From the IMG/VR virus record IMGVR_UViG_2667527849_000007: a DNA stretch of 10,260 nucleotides; one strand, written 5' to 3'. The position numbers and the translations under genes were made by a program. Positions within the stretch are counted from its first letter, which is position 1, and each line of letters starts with the position of its first letter. Shown here in pieces: positions 1 through 7,393 of this stretch. This DNA comes from a virus. Its lineage: Duplodnaviria > Heunggongvirae > Uroviricota > Caudoviricetes. The notes under the pieces were generated by a model. The model saw only the letters and a program-made list of their open reading frames with translations, was not told the DNA's origin and made no database searches.

Positions 1-126
1 GATGAAATCATGGAGGCTCTTGATAATCGTTCGTCGATGGATTGGTGTGTTGCTGTTCATGATATGAATGCAGGGTTTGATGAAAAGATTTTGTTCCCCT
101 CATCAGTTGAAAGCACTGCGGGTTAA
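1..126 (+). CDS. 3'-terminal fragment of a CDS that begins left of the window (hypothetical phage protein)
   Basis: Frame 1 is open from base 1 to TAA at 124-126 (...DEIMEALDNRSSMDWCVAVHDMNAGFDEKILFPSSVESTAG*). The next gene follows 10 bp later with a strong RBS. Product not recognised. Confidence 0.4.
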   Translation, partial: DEIMEALDNRSSMDWCVAVHDMNAGFDEKILFPSSVESTAG

Positions 127-136
127 GGAGTAACAC

Positions 137-304
137 ATGACCACTATTACCAAAGAACGTATTGAATTGTTCATTAAAAACCCGCTTGAAAACGGGCTTA
201 CCCGTGGTGAACAAATGGAACTGGCACGGATTGCGCTGGCATCGCTGGAAGCAGAGCCGGTTGTGTTCTGGTTTGAAAAATATCAAGAAGGGGCTACGGC
301 ATGA
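137..304 (+). CDS. small hypothetical phage protein, 55 aa ([55 protein letters not shown])
   Basis: ATG at 137 preceded by AAGGAG (123-128) with 8-nt spacer. Stop TGA 302-304 overlaps the next ATG (ATGA coupling). Below the 60-aa cutoff of the ORF track. Shares N-terminal and IAL.SL.AEP motifs with the next ORF. Confidence 0.55.
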   Translation: MTTITKERIELFIKNPLENGLTRGEQMELARIALASLEAEPVVFWFEKYQEGATA

Positions 305-645
305 CGACTTTTACCAGAGAGCAGTTAATAGCTCACGCAGAGGAGACTATTGAAGCACAGAGACTGTGCATACCGGGCACAATCGACCATGACATCATCC
401 GCACATATAAGATGGATATTGCTGTTCTGGAAATCGCACTGGTATCGCTGGCAGCAGAGCCAGCCGGTAAATTGCATGAATACAAACCAGTGGGATATCA
501 GCGTCTGGTCGATGAGTTAACCATGCTGGTAAAGCAGTTAACCTGGCAACTGAGGAAAGCGAAGCCAGACTGCAAATTACCGGATAAGGCGATGAGTTAT
601 CTGGAGCGGAACGGACTGATAAGCGTGGAGGATATTTTACGATGA
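301..645 (+). CDS. hypothetical phage protein, 114 aa
   Basis: ORF track 301..645. ATG overlaps the upstream stop. N-terminus MTTFTREQL and internal [10 protein letters not shown] resemble the preceding 55-aa ORF and the 4465-4707 ORF. Function not recognised. Confidence 0.55.
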   Translation: MTTFTREQLIAHAEETIEAQRLCIPGTIDHDIIRTYKMDIAVLEIALVSLAAEPAGKLHEYKPVGYQRLVDELTMLVKQLTWQLRKAKPDCKLPDKAMSYLERNGLISVEDILR

Positions 646-725
646 CCTGGCCTGAAGCATTAACAACGGTAGGAATTGCGATGGCGGTGGCGCTGGTGGT
701 GTATTCGATTTGCCGCTGGGGATAA
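642..725 (+). CDS. possible small hydrophobic peptide, 27 aa ([27 protein letters not shown])
   Basis: ATG 642-644 overlaps the TGA stop (643-645) of the upstream ORF. Mostly hydrophobic, consistent with a single transmembrane helix. Very short, so it could be chance. Confidence 0.3.
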   Translation: MTWPEALTTVGIAMAVALVVYSICRWG

Positions 726-936
726 AAACGGTTTGCGGGAAAAGGAGAGTTAAGTAGAATTGCAGCGGGTGCTTGAGGCTATCTGTCTCAGGCATGAACA
801 CCAAAAGGCAGATAGAGAAAAGCCCCAGTTAACATTACGCGTCCGGCAAGACGCTTAACATTAATCTGAGGCTCAATCTATGAACGGCAAATCTAGGTTA
901 GCCTCTTACGTGCCGAAAGGCAAGGAGAAGCAGGCT

Positions 937-1092
937 ATGAAGCAGCAAAAGGCGATGTTAATCGCCCTGATCGTCATCTGTTTAACCGTCATAGTGACGG
1001 CACTGGTAACGAGGAAAGACCTCTGCGAGGTACGAATTCGAACCGGCCAGACGGAGGTCGCTGTCTTCACAGCTTACGAACCTGAGGAGTAA
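937..1092 (+). CDS. hok: Hok/Gef-family type I toxin (small membrane-depolarising peptide), 51 aa
   Basis: Translation MKQQKAMLIALIVICLTVIVTALVTRKDLCEVRIRTGQTEVAVFTAYEPEE has the Hok/Gef hallmarks: hydrophobic N-terminal helix, TRK.LCE.R motif, EVA.F motif, ~50 aa. AAGGAG at 922-927 lies 9 nt upstream of the ATG. The ORF track extends the same frame to an ATG at 880 (70 aa), so the start is ambiguous. Confidence 0.75.
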   Translation: MKQQKAMLIALIVICLTVIVTALVTRKDLCEVRIRTGQTEVAVFTAYEPEE

Positions 1093-1161
1093 GAGACCAG
1101 GCGGGGGAGAAATCCCTCGCCACCTCTGATGGGTCAGGCATCCTCAATGCACCCACACTTA

Positions 1162-1186
1162 ACCCGCTTCGGCGGGTTTTTGTTTT
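1162..1186 (+). terminator. rho-independent terminator after hok
   Basis: Hairpin ACCCGC-TTCG-GCGGGT followed by TTTTTGTTTTT, about 70 nt downstream of the hok stop. Confidence 0.6.
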
Positions 1187-1312
1187 TATTTTCAACGCGT
1201 TTGAAGTTTTAGATGGTGCCGGAATAGAATCAAAAATACTTAAGTAGCGCGCAGGGAGAAGAGGGATGGACCCCGAACAGGGGAGTGCTATTTATCTGGA
1301 AGGATTCTGTTG

Positions 1313-1594
1313 ATGAAAATCGAAGAATTACGTGAAATTTTTAGTGAAGATGGCCTCTATACTGTGCGCGTTGAGAATGGCGCTATTGTCAGCCACTGCC
1401 TTCCAGACTACACAATTCTGATAATTCAGCCGTCTTTGCCAGCAGGCACGGGCGGCGCTCTCACGCATTTAAATCTGATTGGTACCAGCATCCCCCATGC
1501 ACTGAAGAACAGGCCGAATGGCTCATTCAGTGTTACCGCAGGCGCGGATGCGAGGTTAAAAAAGCCCTTAGCCTCGACTACCGTCACTGGATAA
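1313..1594 (+). CDS. hypothetical phage protein, 93 aa (occupies the position rem holds in Qin-type prophages, identity unverified)
   Basis: ORF track 1310..1594 (TTG then ATG at 1313). GGAAGGA RBS at 1298-1304 with 8-nt spacer. Product not recognised. Confidence 0.45.
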   Translation: MKIEELREIFSEDGLYTVRVENGAIVSHCLPDYTILIIQPSLPAGTGGALTHLNLIGTSIPHALKNRPNGSFSVTAGADARLKKPLASTTVTG

Positions 1595-1669
1595 TCTCCG
1601 TCAGGCTCCCTTACTCCGAACGGCCAACGCGTCCGTCCCGCACATTCCAGCAACGGATCTGGAGGTAAT

Positions 1670-2728
1670 GTGCGGGTATTACTTCGACCTGTTCTGGTAC
1701 CGGAACTCGGTCTGGTTATCGTTAAGCCAGGCCGTGAATCAATGTCAGCATTCCATAACGGCAGAATACTGGTGGAGCCGGAACCAAAAAGCATGCGTAA
1801 TCTGCCGTCCGGGGTCGTTCCTGCCGCTCGCCAGCCGCTGGTGGAAGACAAAACATTGCTGCCGTTTTTCAGTAACGCACGGGTGATTCGTGCTGCTGGT
1901 GGTGCTGGTGCATTGTCTGACTGGCTGTTGCGCCATATTAAATCCTGCCAGTGGCCACACGGCGATTATCATCACAGCGAAACCGTCATTCACCGTTATG
2001 GTACCGGCGCAATGGTGTTGTGCTGGCACTGCGACAACCAGCTGCGTGACCAGACATCCGAATCACTCGAGCAACTTGCTCATCAAAACCTGTCAGCATG
2101 GATGATTGACGTCATCGGTCACGCAATAAGCGGTACGCAGGAGCGTGAATTATCTCTGGCTGAATTATCCTGGTGGGCGGTCCGCAATCAGGTGGCGGAC
2201 GCGCTACCGGAAGCGGTATTACGTCGTTCGCTGGGGTTGCGTGCGGAAAAAATTCGCTCTGTGTACAGTGAAAGCGACATCATACCGGGAGAGCAGACAG
2301 CCACCAGCATACTGAAGCAGCGCACAAAAAATATTGCGTTACTGCCTCACGTCCACCAGCAACAGAACCCACCACAGGAAAAGACGGTGGTCAGCATTGC
2401 CGTTGATCCGGAGTCACCGGCTCAGTATCTCCAGCGCCAGAAATCACAACGGGAAGAGATGCCTGTATACACGCGCTGGGTAAAAACGCAGAAATGCATG
2501 ACGTGTGGCAATCAGGCAGATGATCCGCATCACATCATTGGTCATGGACTGGGAGGGATGGGAACAAAGGCTGATGATTTGTTTGTTATTCCGTTATGCC
2601 GTAAATGCCGTAACGAACTACATGCCGGAGTAAAAGATTTTGAAGAGAAACACGGCAGTCAGCTGTTGTTGCTGATTCGTTTTTTAATGCACGCGAGAAA
2701 TTCGGGTGTTCTGAAGTGGAAAGCATAA
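1670..2728 (+). CDS. DUF968-family phage protein (YdfU-like) with a C-terminal CxxC...HH...CxxC...H motif
   Basis: 352-aa ORF. C-terminus CMTCGNQADDPHHIIGHGLGG...CRKCRNELH resembles an HNH/zinc-ribbon signature. Gene order (this gene, rusA, Q) matches the ydfU-quuQ neighbourhood of Qin-type prophages as I recall it. Start uncertain: GTG 1670 sits only 4 nt after GGAGG; an in-frame ATG at 1742 is an alternative. Confidence 0.7.
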   Translation: MRVLLRPVLVPELGLVIVKPGRESMSAFHNGRILVEPEPKSMRNLPSGVVPAARQPLVEDKTLLPFFSNARVIRAAGGAGALSDWLLRHIKSCQWPHGDYHHSETVIHRYGTGAMVLCWHCDNQLRDQTSESLEQLAHQNLSAWMIDVIGHAISGTQERELSLAELSWWAVRNQVADALPEAVLRRSLGLRAEKIRSVYSESDIIPGEQTATSILKQRTKNIALLPHVHQQQNPPQEKTVVSIAVDPESPAQYLQRQKSQREEMPVYTRWVKTQKCMTCGNQADDPHHIIGHGLGGMGTKADDLFVIPLCRKCRNELHAGVKDFEEKHGSQLLLLIRFLMHARNSGVLKWKA

Positions 2729-3109
2729 ATGACCGAGCGCATAGAATTTGTTTTACCTTACCCGCCGACGGTGAACACTTACTGGCGTCGTCGTGGCAGC
2801 ACATATTTTGTATCAAAAGCCGGGGAGCGTTATCGCCGGGCAGTGGCGCTTATTGTTCGCCAGCAGCGGCTGAAATTAAGCCTGTCCGGAAGGTTGGCAA
2901 TAAAAATTATTGCAGAACCACCGGATAAGCGCCGCCGTGACCTGGACAATATTCTGAAAGCGCCGCTGGATGCGCTGACGCATGCGGGGTTGCTAATGGA
3001 CGATGAGCAGTTTGATGAAATCAATATCGTTCGTGCTCAGCCAGTATCTGGTGGACGTCTGGGGGTGAAGATTTATCCCATAATGCTTGAAGGGCAGGTC
3101 AAAAAATGA
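2729..3109 (+). CDS. rusA: RusA-family Holliday junction resolvase (crossover junction endodeoxyribonuclease)
   Basis: 126 aa. LPYPPTVNTYWRRRG N-terminus and acidic PDKRRRDLDN and LMDDEQ motifs fit the RusA family. ATG abuts the DUF968 stop; stop overlaps the Q start. Confidence 0.85.
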   Translation: MTERIEFVLPYPPTVNTYWRRRGSTYFVSKAGERYRRAVALIVRQQRLKLSLSGRLAIKIIAEPPDKRRRDLDNILKAPLDALTHAGLLMDDEQFDEINIVRAQPVSGGRLGVKIYPIMLEGQVKK

Positions 3110-3497
3110 AACTGGAAGATTTACCGAAATACTACTCCCCAAAATCCCCCGGCCTGACTGATGCATCGGCCTCAACGTCGAAAGATGCGCTGAGTATCAC
3201 TGATGTGATGGCCGCGCAGGGCATGACACAGAATCGGGCTGAGATGGGGGTTTCTGCGTTCCTTGGGAAAATGGGCATTAGTATGAATGACAGAGAGCGG
3301 GCAACAGAATTGCTGACAGAATATGCACTCAGTCGGTGTGATCGCGTGGCGGCGTTAAGAAAACTCCCGGCAGAAATAAAACCGGCAGTGATGCGTATTA
3401 TGGCTTCGTATGCGTTTGAAGATTATGCCCGTAGCGCGGCGAGCAAAAAACAGTGCCCCTGCTGTCACGGAAAAAAATTTATTGAAAGCGAGGTTTT
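3106..3497 (+). pseudogene. Q-like antiterminator, 5' fragment (codons 1-129) truncated by IS2
   Basis: First 129 codons give the same protein as the intact Q at 7002-7823. Sequence diverges after 3497 into IS2 antisense. The track ORF 3106..3870 is a Q/IS2-antisense chimera. Confidence 0.75.
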
Positions 3498-3498
3498 A

Positions 3499-3915
3499 AT
3501 CACAGCAGAACTCGAACCCGTCAGAGCACCATCGCTGATTGCTTTCTTTCACGGCCACTCTGCCTGTATGTGCCCGTTTCGATGGCGGTACAGCAGGTTT
3601 TCGCTCAAGCAACAGCGCATTCTGGCGCATGATCCGGTAAACACGTTTGGCATTGATCGCAGGCATACCATCAAGTTCTGCCTGTCTGCGAAGCAGCGCC
3701 CATACCCGACGATAACCATACGTGGGCAGCTCTCCGATAACATGGTGTATACGGAGAAGCACATCCGTATCATCAGTGTGACGACTGCGGCGGCCATCCA
3801 TCCAGTCATCGGTTCGTCTGAGAATGACGTGCAACTGCGCACGCGACACCCGGAGACAACGGCTGACTAAGCTTACTCCCCATCCCCGGGCAATAAGGGC
3901 GCGTGCGCTATCCAC
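3499..3915 (-). pseudogene. insD: IS2 InsD (transposase OrfB), N-terminal 139 codons only
   Basis: Minus-strand translation [41 protein letters not shown]...[11 protein letters not shown] matches the IS2 InsD N-terminus. Full InsD is about 300 aa; the reading frame ends at the IS2/Q junction. Confidence 0.8.
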
Positions 3916-4238
3916 TTTTTTGCCCGTCCATATTCAACGGCTTCTTTGAGGAGTTCATTTTCCATCGTTTTCTTGCCGAGCAGGCGCTGGAGTTCTTTAA
4001 TCTGCTTCATGGCGGCAGCAAGTTCAGAGGCAGGAACAACCTGTTCTCCGGCGGCGACAGCAGTAAGACTTCCTTCCTGGTATTGCTTACGCCAGAGAAA
4101 TAACTGGCTGGCTGCTACACCATGTTGCCGGGCAACGAGGGAGACCGTCATCCCCGGTTCAAAGCTCTGCTGAACAATTGCGATCTTTTCCTGTGTGGTA
4201 CGCCGTCTGCGTTTCTCCGGCCCTAAGACATCAATCAT
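3873..4238 (-). CDS. insC: IS2 InsC (transposase OrfA), 121 aa
   Basis: Minus-strand translation [56 protein letters not shown]... matches IS2 InsC from memory. The track ORF 3873..4283 carries a 15-codon upstream extension. Confidence 0.85.
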
Positions 4239-4464
4239 CTGTACTCCAATGACTAGTCTAAAAACTAGTATTAAGACTATCACTTATTTAAGTGATACTG
4301 GTTGTCTGGAGATTCAGGGGGCCAGTCTACGGACATTTTCTGCCTGTGGACCAGGAAAGTGCACGGGTGCTTTCCACTCCCATGAAGCCCGGCAATCCGC
4401 GCAGATACAGTAATAAACGAACTGACAGCAGTAAGATGGAGCGTTTCTTTTGAACAACCAGACA

Positions 4465-4707
4465 ATGACTTTTACCTCTGAACAATTGCGTAAACACGCG
4501 CAGGAAATGCTGCGTCATGCTGAACAACTCGAAAAAACGGGCATAACAAAAGACGCTATCCGTAAAGATATGGTACCCGCGCTTCGGGAACTGATGCAGG
4601 CGAAGCATCGCGCACAGAAAGCAGTAGATGAGCTGGTGGACTGTGTGGCAGAGCTGGAAACCAGAGTCGGAAAGTTTGAAAAACTGGTGCAGGAGGTGCT
4701 GCGCTGA
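4465..4707 (+). CDS. hypothetical small phage protein, 80 aa (85 aa if the TTG at 4450 is used)
   Basis: ORF track 4450..4707. Likely start is ATG 4465 (MTFTSEQLRKHAQEM...). N-terminus resembles the ORFs at 137-304 and 301-645. Stop overlaps the rusA' start (TGATG). Confidence 0.5.
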   Translation: MTFTSEQLRKHAQEMLRHAEQLEKTGITKDAIRKDMVPALRELMQAKHRAQKAVDELVDCVAELETRVGKFEKLVQEVLR

Positions 4708-5081
4708 TGCGCCATGAGTTTATTTTACCTTATCCGCCGACGGTGAATACTTACTGGCGACGTCGTGACAACACATATTTTGTATCAAAAGCCGGTGAGC
4801 GTTATCGCCGGGATGTGGCGCTTATTGTCCGTCAGCAGCGACTGAAATTAAGCCTGTCCGGAAGACTGGCGATAAAGATTATTGCAGAGCCACCGGATAA
4901 GCGCCGTCGTGACCTGGACAATATCCTGAAAGCACCACTGGATGCACTGACACATGCGGGAGTGTTAATGGACGATGAGCAGTTTGATGAAATCAATATC
5001 GTTCGTGCTCAGCCAGTATCTGGTGGACGTCTGGGGGTGAAGATTTACCCCATAATGCATGAAGAGCAGGTCAAAAAATGA
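4707..5081 (+). CDS. rusA: RusA-family Holliday junction resolvase, divergent second copy
   Basis: 124 aa, roughly 90% identical to the 2729-3109 copy, with a different N-terminus (MRHEFILPY vs MTERIEFVLPY) and scattered substitutions at both nucleotide and protein level. Confidence 0.8.
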   Translation: MRHEFILPYPPTVNTYWRRRDNTYFVSKAGERYRRDVALIVRQQRLKLSLSGRLAIKIIAEPPDKRRRDLDNILKAPLDALTHAGVLMDDEQFDEINIVRAQPVSGGRLGVKIYPIMHEEQVKK

Positions 5082-5823
5082 AACTGGAAGATTTACCGAA
5101 ATACTACTCCCCAAAATCCCCTTGCCTGACCGATGCATCGGCCTCAACGTCAAAAGATGCGCTGAGTATCACTGATGTGATGGCCGCGCAGGGCATGACA
5201 CAGAATCGGGCTGAGATGGGGTTTTCTGCGTTCCTGGGGAAAATGGGCATCAGTATGAATGACAGGGCGCGGGCAACAGAATTACTGGCAGATTATGCAC
5301 TCAGTCGGTGCGATCGTGTGGCGGCGTTGAGAAAACTTCCGGCAGAAATAAAACCGGTAGTGATGCGCATTATGGCTTCGTACGCTTTTGAGGATTATGC
5401 CCGCAGCGCAGCGAGTAAAAAGCAGTGCCCTTGTTGCTATGGGGAAAAATTTATTGAAAGCGTAGTTTTTACAAACAAGGTCCAGTATCCGGATGGTAAG
5501 CCGCCGGTATGGGCAAAGTGTACGAAAGGTGTGTATCCGTCTTACTGGGAAGAATGGAAAAAAGTCAGGGAGGTGGTAAAAGTTGCCTGTCCGGAGTGTG
5601 GCGGAAAGGGTGAGGTTTCCACCGCCTGTAAGGATTGCCGTGGGCGTGGTGTCGCCATTCATCGTGAAGAGTCGGTAAAACGTGGTATGCCTGTTATCAG
5701 AGACTGCCAGCGTTGTGGTGGTCGTGGCTATGAAAGACTACCATCAACGGAGGCATTTAATGCTATATGCGAGGTGACAAACCAGATAACACGCGCGTCA
5801 TGGGAAAAAACAGTTAAGAAATT
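5078..5823 (+). pseudogene. Q-like antiterminator, mosaic copy truncated at codon ~248 by fusion to the middle of a DUF968 gene
   Basis: The 5' half differs from the other Q copies (SPCLTD, ARATELLADYA, CYGEK); the 3' half from about 5481 is identical to copy 3. At about 5821-5825 the sequence switches to DUF968 sequence (matching 1929 onward), giving the track ORF 5078..6001 an out-of-frame 59-aa tail. The last ~25 Q codons are missing. Confidence 0.6.
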
Positions 5824-6624
5824 ATGCGCCATATTAAATCCTGCCAGTGGCCACACGGCGATTATCATCACAGCGAAACCGTCATTCACCGTTATGGTAC
5901 CGGCGCAATGGTGTTGTGCTGGCACTGCGACAACCAGCTGCGTGACCAGACATCCGAATCACTCGAGCAACTTGCTCATCAAAACCTGTCAGCATGGATG
6001 ATTGACGTCATCGGTCACGCAATAAGCGGTACGCAGGAGCGTGAATTATCTCTGGCTGAATTATCCTGGTGGGCGGTCCGCAATCAGGTGGCGGACGCGC
6101 TACCGGAAGCGGTATTACGTCGTTCGCTGGGGTTGCGTGCGGAAAAAATTCGCTCTGTGTACAGTGAAAGCGACATCATACCGGGAGAGCAGACAGCCAC
6201 CAGCATACTGAAGCAGCGCACAAAAAATATTGCGTTACTGCCTCACGTCCACCAGCAACAGAACCCACCACAGGAAAAGACGGTGGTCAGCATTGCCGTT
6301 GATCCGGAGTCACCGGCTCAGTATCTCCAGCGCCAGAAATCACAACGGGAAGAGATGCCTGTATACACGCGCTGGGTAAAAACGCAGAAATGCATGACGT
6401 GTGGCAATCAGGCAGATGATCCGCATCACATCATTGGTCATGGACTGGGAGGGATGGGAACAAAGGCTGATGATTTGTTTGTTATTCCGTTATGCCGTAA
6501 ATGCCGTAACGAACTACATGCCGGAGTAAAAGATTTTGAAGAGAAACACGGCAGTCAGCTGTTGTTGCTGATTCGTTTTTTAATGCACGCGAGAAATTCG
6601 GGTGTTCTGAAGTGGAAAGCATAA
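5824..6624 (+). pseudogene. DUF968 (YdfU-like) 3' fragment, C-terminal 266 codons with a junction-created ATG
   Basis: Protein identical to the C-terminal portion of the 1670-2728 product. The ATG at 5824 exists only because the junction reads ATTATGCGCC where the full copy reads CTGTTGCGCC. Retains the CxxC/HH motif region. Whether it is translated is unknown. Confidence 0.6.
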
Positions 6625-7393
6625 ATGACCGAGCGCATAGAATTTGTTTTACCTTACCCGCCGACGGTGAACACTTACTGGCGTCGTCGTGGCAGCACAT
6701 ATTTTGTATCAAAAGCCGGGGAGCGTTATCGCCGGGCAGTGGCGCTTATTGTTCGCCAGCAGCGGCTGAAATTAAGCCTGTCCGGAAGGTTGGCAATAAA
6801 AATTATTGCAGAACCACCGGATAAGCGCCGCCGTGACCTGGACAATATTCTGAAAGCGCCGCTGGATGCGCTGACGCATGCGGGGTTGCTAATGGACGAT
6901 GAGCAGTTTGATGAAATCAATATCGTTCGTGCTCAGCCAGTATCTGGTGGACGTCTGGGGGTGAAGATTTATCCCATAATGCTTGAAGGGCAGGTCAAAA
7001 AATGAAACTGGAAGATTTACCGAAATACTACTCCCCAAAATCCCCCGGCCTGACTGATGCATCGGCCTCAACGTCGAAAGATGCGCTGAGTATCACTGAT
7101 GTGATGGCCGCGCAGGGCATGACACAGAATCGGGCTGAGATGGGGGTTTCTGCGTTCCTTGGGAAAATGGGCATTAGTATGAATGACAGAGAGCGGGCAA
7201 CAGAATTGCTGACAGAATATGCACTCAGTCGGTGTGATCGCGTGGCGGCGTTAAGAAAACTCCCGGCAGAAATAAAACCGGCAGTGATGCGTATTATGGC
7301 TTCGTATGCGTTTGAAGATTATGCCCGTAGCGCGGCGAGCAAAAAACAGTGCCCCTGCTGTCACGGAAAAAAATTTATTGAAAGCGAGGTTTT
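5825..7393 (+). repeat. direct repeat copy B, partner of 1929-3497
   Basis: See copy A. Its left boundary is the Q'/DUF968 fusion junction; its right boundary is where copy A is interrupted by IS2. Confidence 0.8.
6625..7005 (+). CDS. rusA: RusA-family Holliday junction resolvase, third copy, identical in protein to 2729-3109
   Basis: Identical 126-aa translation to copy 1, and the antisense shadow ORFs are also identical, implying nucleotide identity. Confidence 0.85.
   Translation: MTERIEFVLPYPPTVNTYWRRRGSTYFVSKAGERYRRAVALIVRQQRLKLSLSGRLAIKIIAEPPDKRRRDLDNILKAPLDALTHAGLLMDDEQFDEINIVRAQPVSGGRLGVKIYPIMLEGQVKK

Larger units (their letters stand above)
1929..3497 (+). repeat. direct repeat copy A (DUF968 3' part - rusA - Q codons 1-129), ~1.57 kb, apparently identical to 5825-7393
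   Basis: Identical ORF translations on both strands (e.g. 2586..2816 vs 6482..6712 and 2993..3175 vs 6889..7071), constant offset of 3896 bp. Exact nucleotide identity not computed. Confidence 0.8.
3498..4329 (-). mobile_element. IS2 fragment (~830 bp of ~1.3 kb), left inverted repeat end at 4329, right part missing
   Basis: Reverse complement of 4240-4329 reads TAGACTGGCCCCCTGAATCTCCAGACAACC..., which I recognise as the IS2 left end. InsC and the N-terminal part of InsD are encoded on the minus strand. The element ends abruptly inside insD at about 3498 where Q sequence begins. Confidence 0.85.
4707..5823 (+). repeat. divergent paralogous rusA'-Q' segment (~90% identical over rusA' and Q' 5' half, identical over Q' 3' half 5481-5823 vs 7405-7747)
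   Basis: Protein and nucleotide comparison by eye against 2729-3497 and 6625-7747. The mosaic identity pattern suggests homologous recombination between related prophage alleles. Confidence 0.7.

Noticed and set aside
8-353. ORFs 8..286(-) and 162..353(+)
   Set aside because: They overlap better-supported plus-strand genes (1-126, 137-304 with strong RBS, 301-645) and lack start context.
880-936. The 19-codon in-frame extension upstream of hok as a Mok-like modulator
   Set aside because: Canonical mok overlaps hok in a different frame. This extension is in frame and may just be an alternative start, so it is not called as a separate gene.
1426-2029. Minus-strand ORFs 1426..1851 and 1745..2029 and plus-strand ORFs 1668..1886 and 1890..2105
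   Set aside because: All overlap the long DUF968 reading frame or its leader, have no RBS and no recognisable product; treated as shadow ORFs in GC-rich coding sequence.
2586-3175. Minus-strand ORFs 2586..2816, 2830..3024, 2993..3175 and plus ORF 2716..2928, with identical copies at 6482-7071
   Set aside because: Antisense or out-of-frame overlaps of the DUF968/rusA/Q genes; duplicated only because the underlying DNA is duplicated.
3106-3870. 254-aa ORF that looks like a full-length protein
   Set aside because: Only codons 1-129 are Q. The rest is the antisense strand of IS2 insD read in the Q frame, so this is a fusion artefact of the IS2 junction.
3549-4608. ORFs 3549..3842(-), 3903..4103(+), 3946..4173(+), 4195..4413(+), 4280..4465(-), 4327..4608(-), 4515..4715(-)
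   Set aside because: They overlap IS2 insC/insD or span the IS2 boundary and flank in alternative frames; none has a product I recognise, and IS2 coding capacity is accounted for by insC and insD.
5282-5925. Minus-strand ORFs 5282..5662 and 5728..5925 (and 7251..7586, 7306..7503)
   Set aside because: Shadow ORFs within the Q' and Q coding regions; no start context or homology.
1929-7393. CRISPR array or simple tandem duplication as the explanation for the repetition
   Set aside because: The repeats are kilobase-scale gene copies, not short repeat-spacer units. A single tandem duplication does not fit because the intervening unit holds IS2, a different small ORF and a divergent rusA'/Q' allele.
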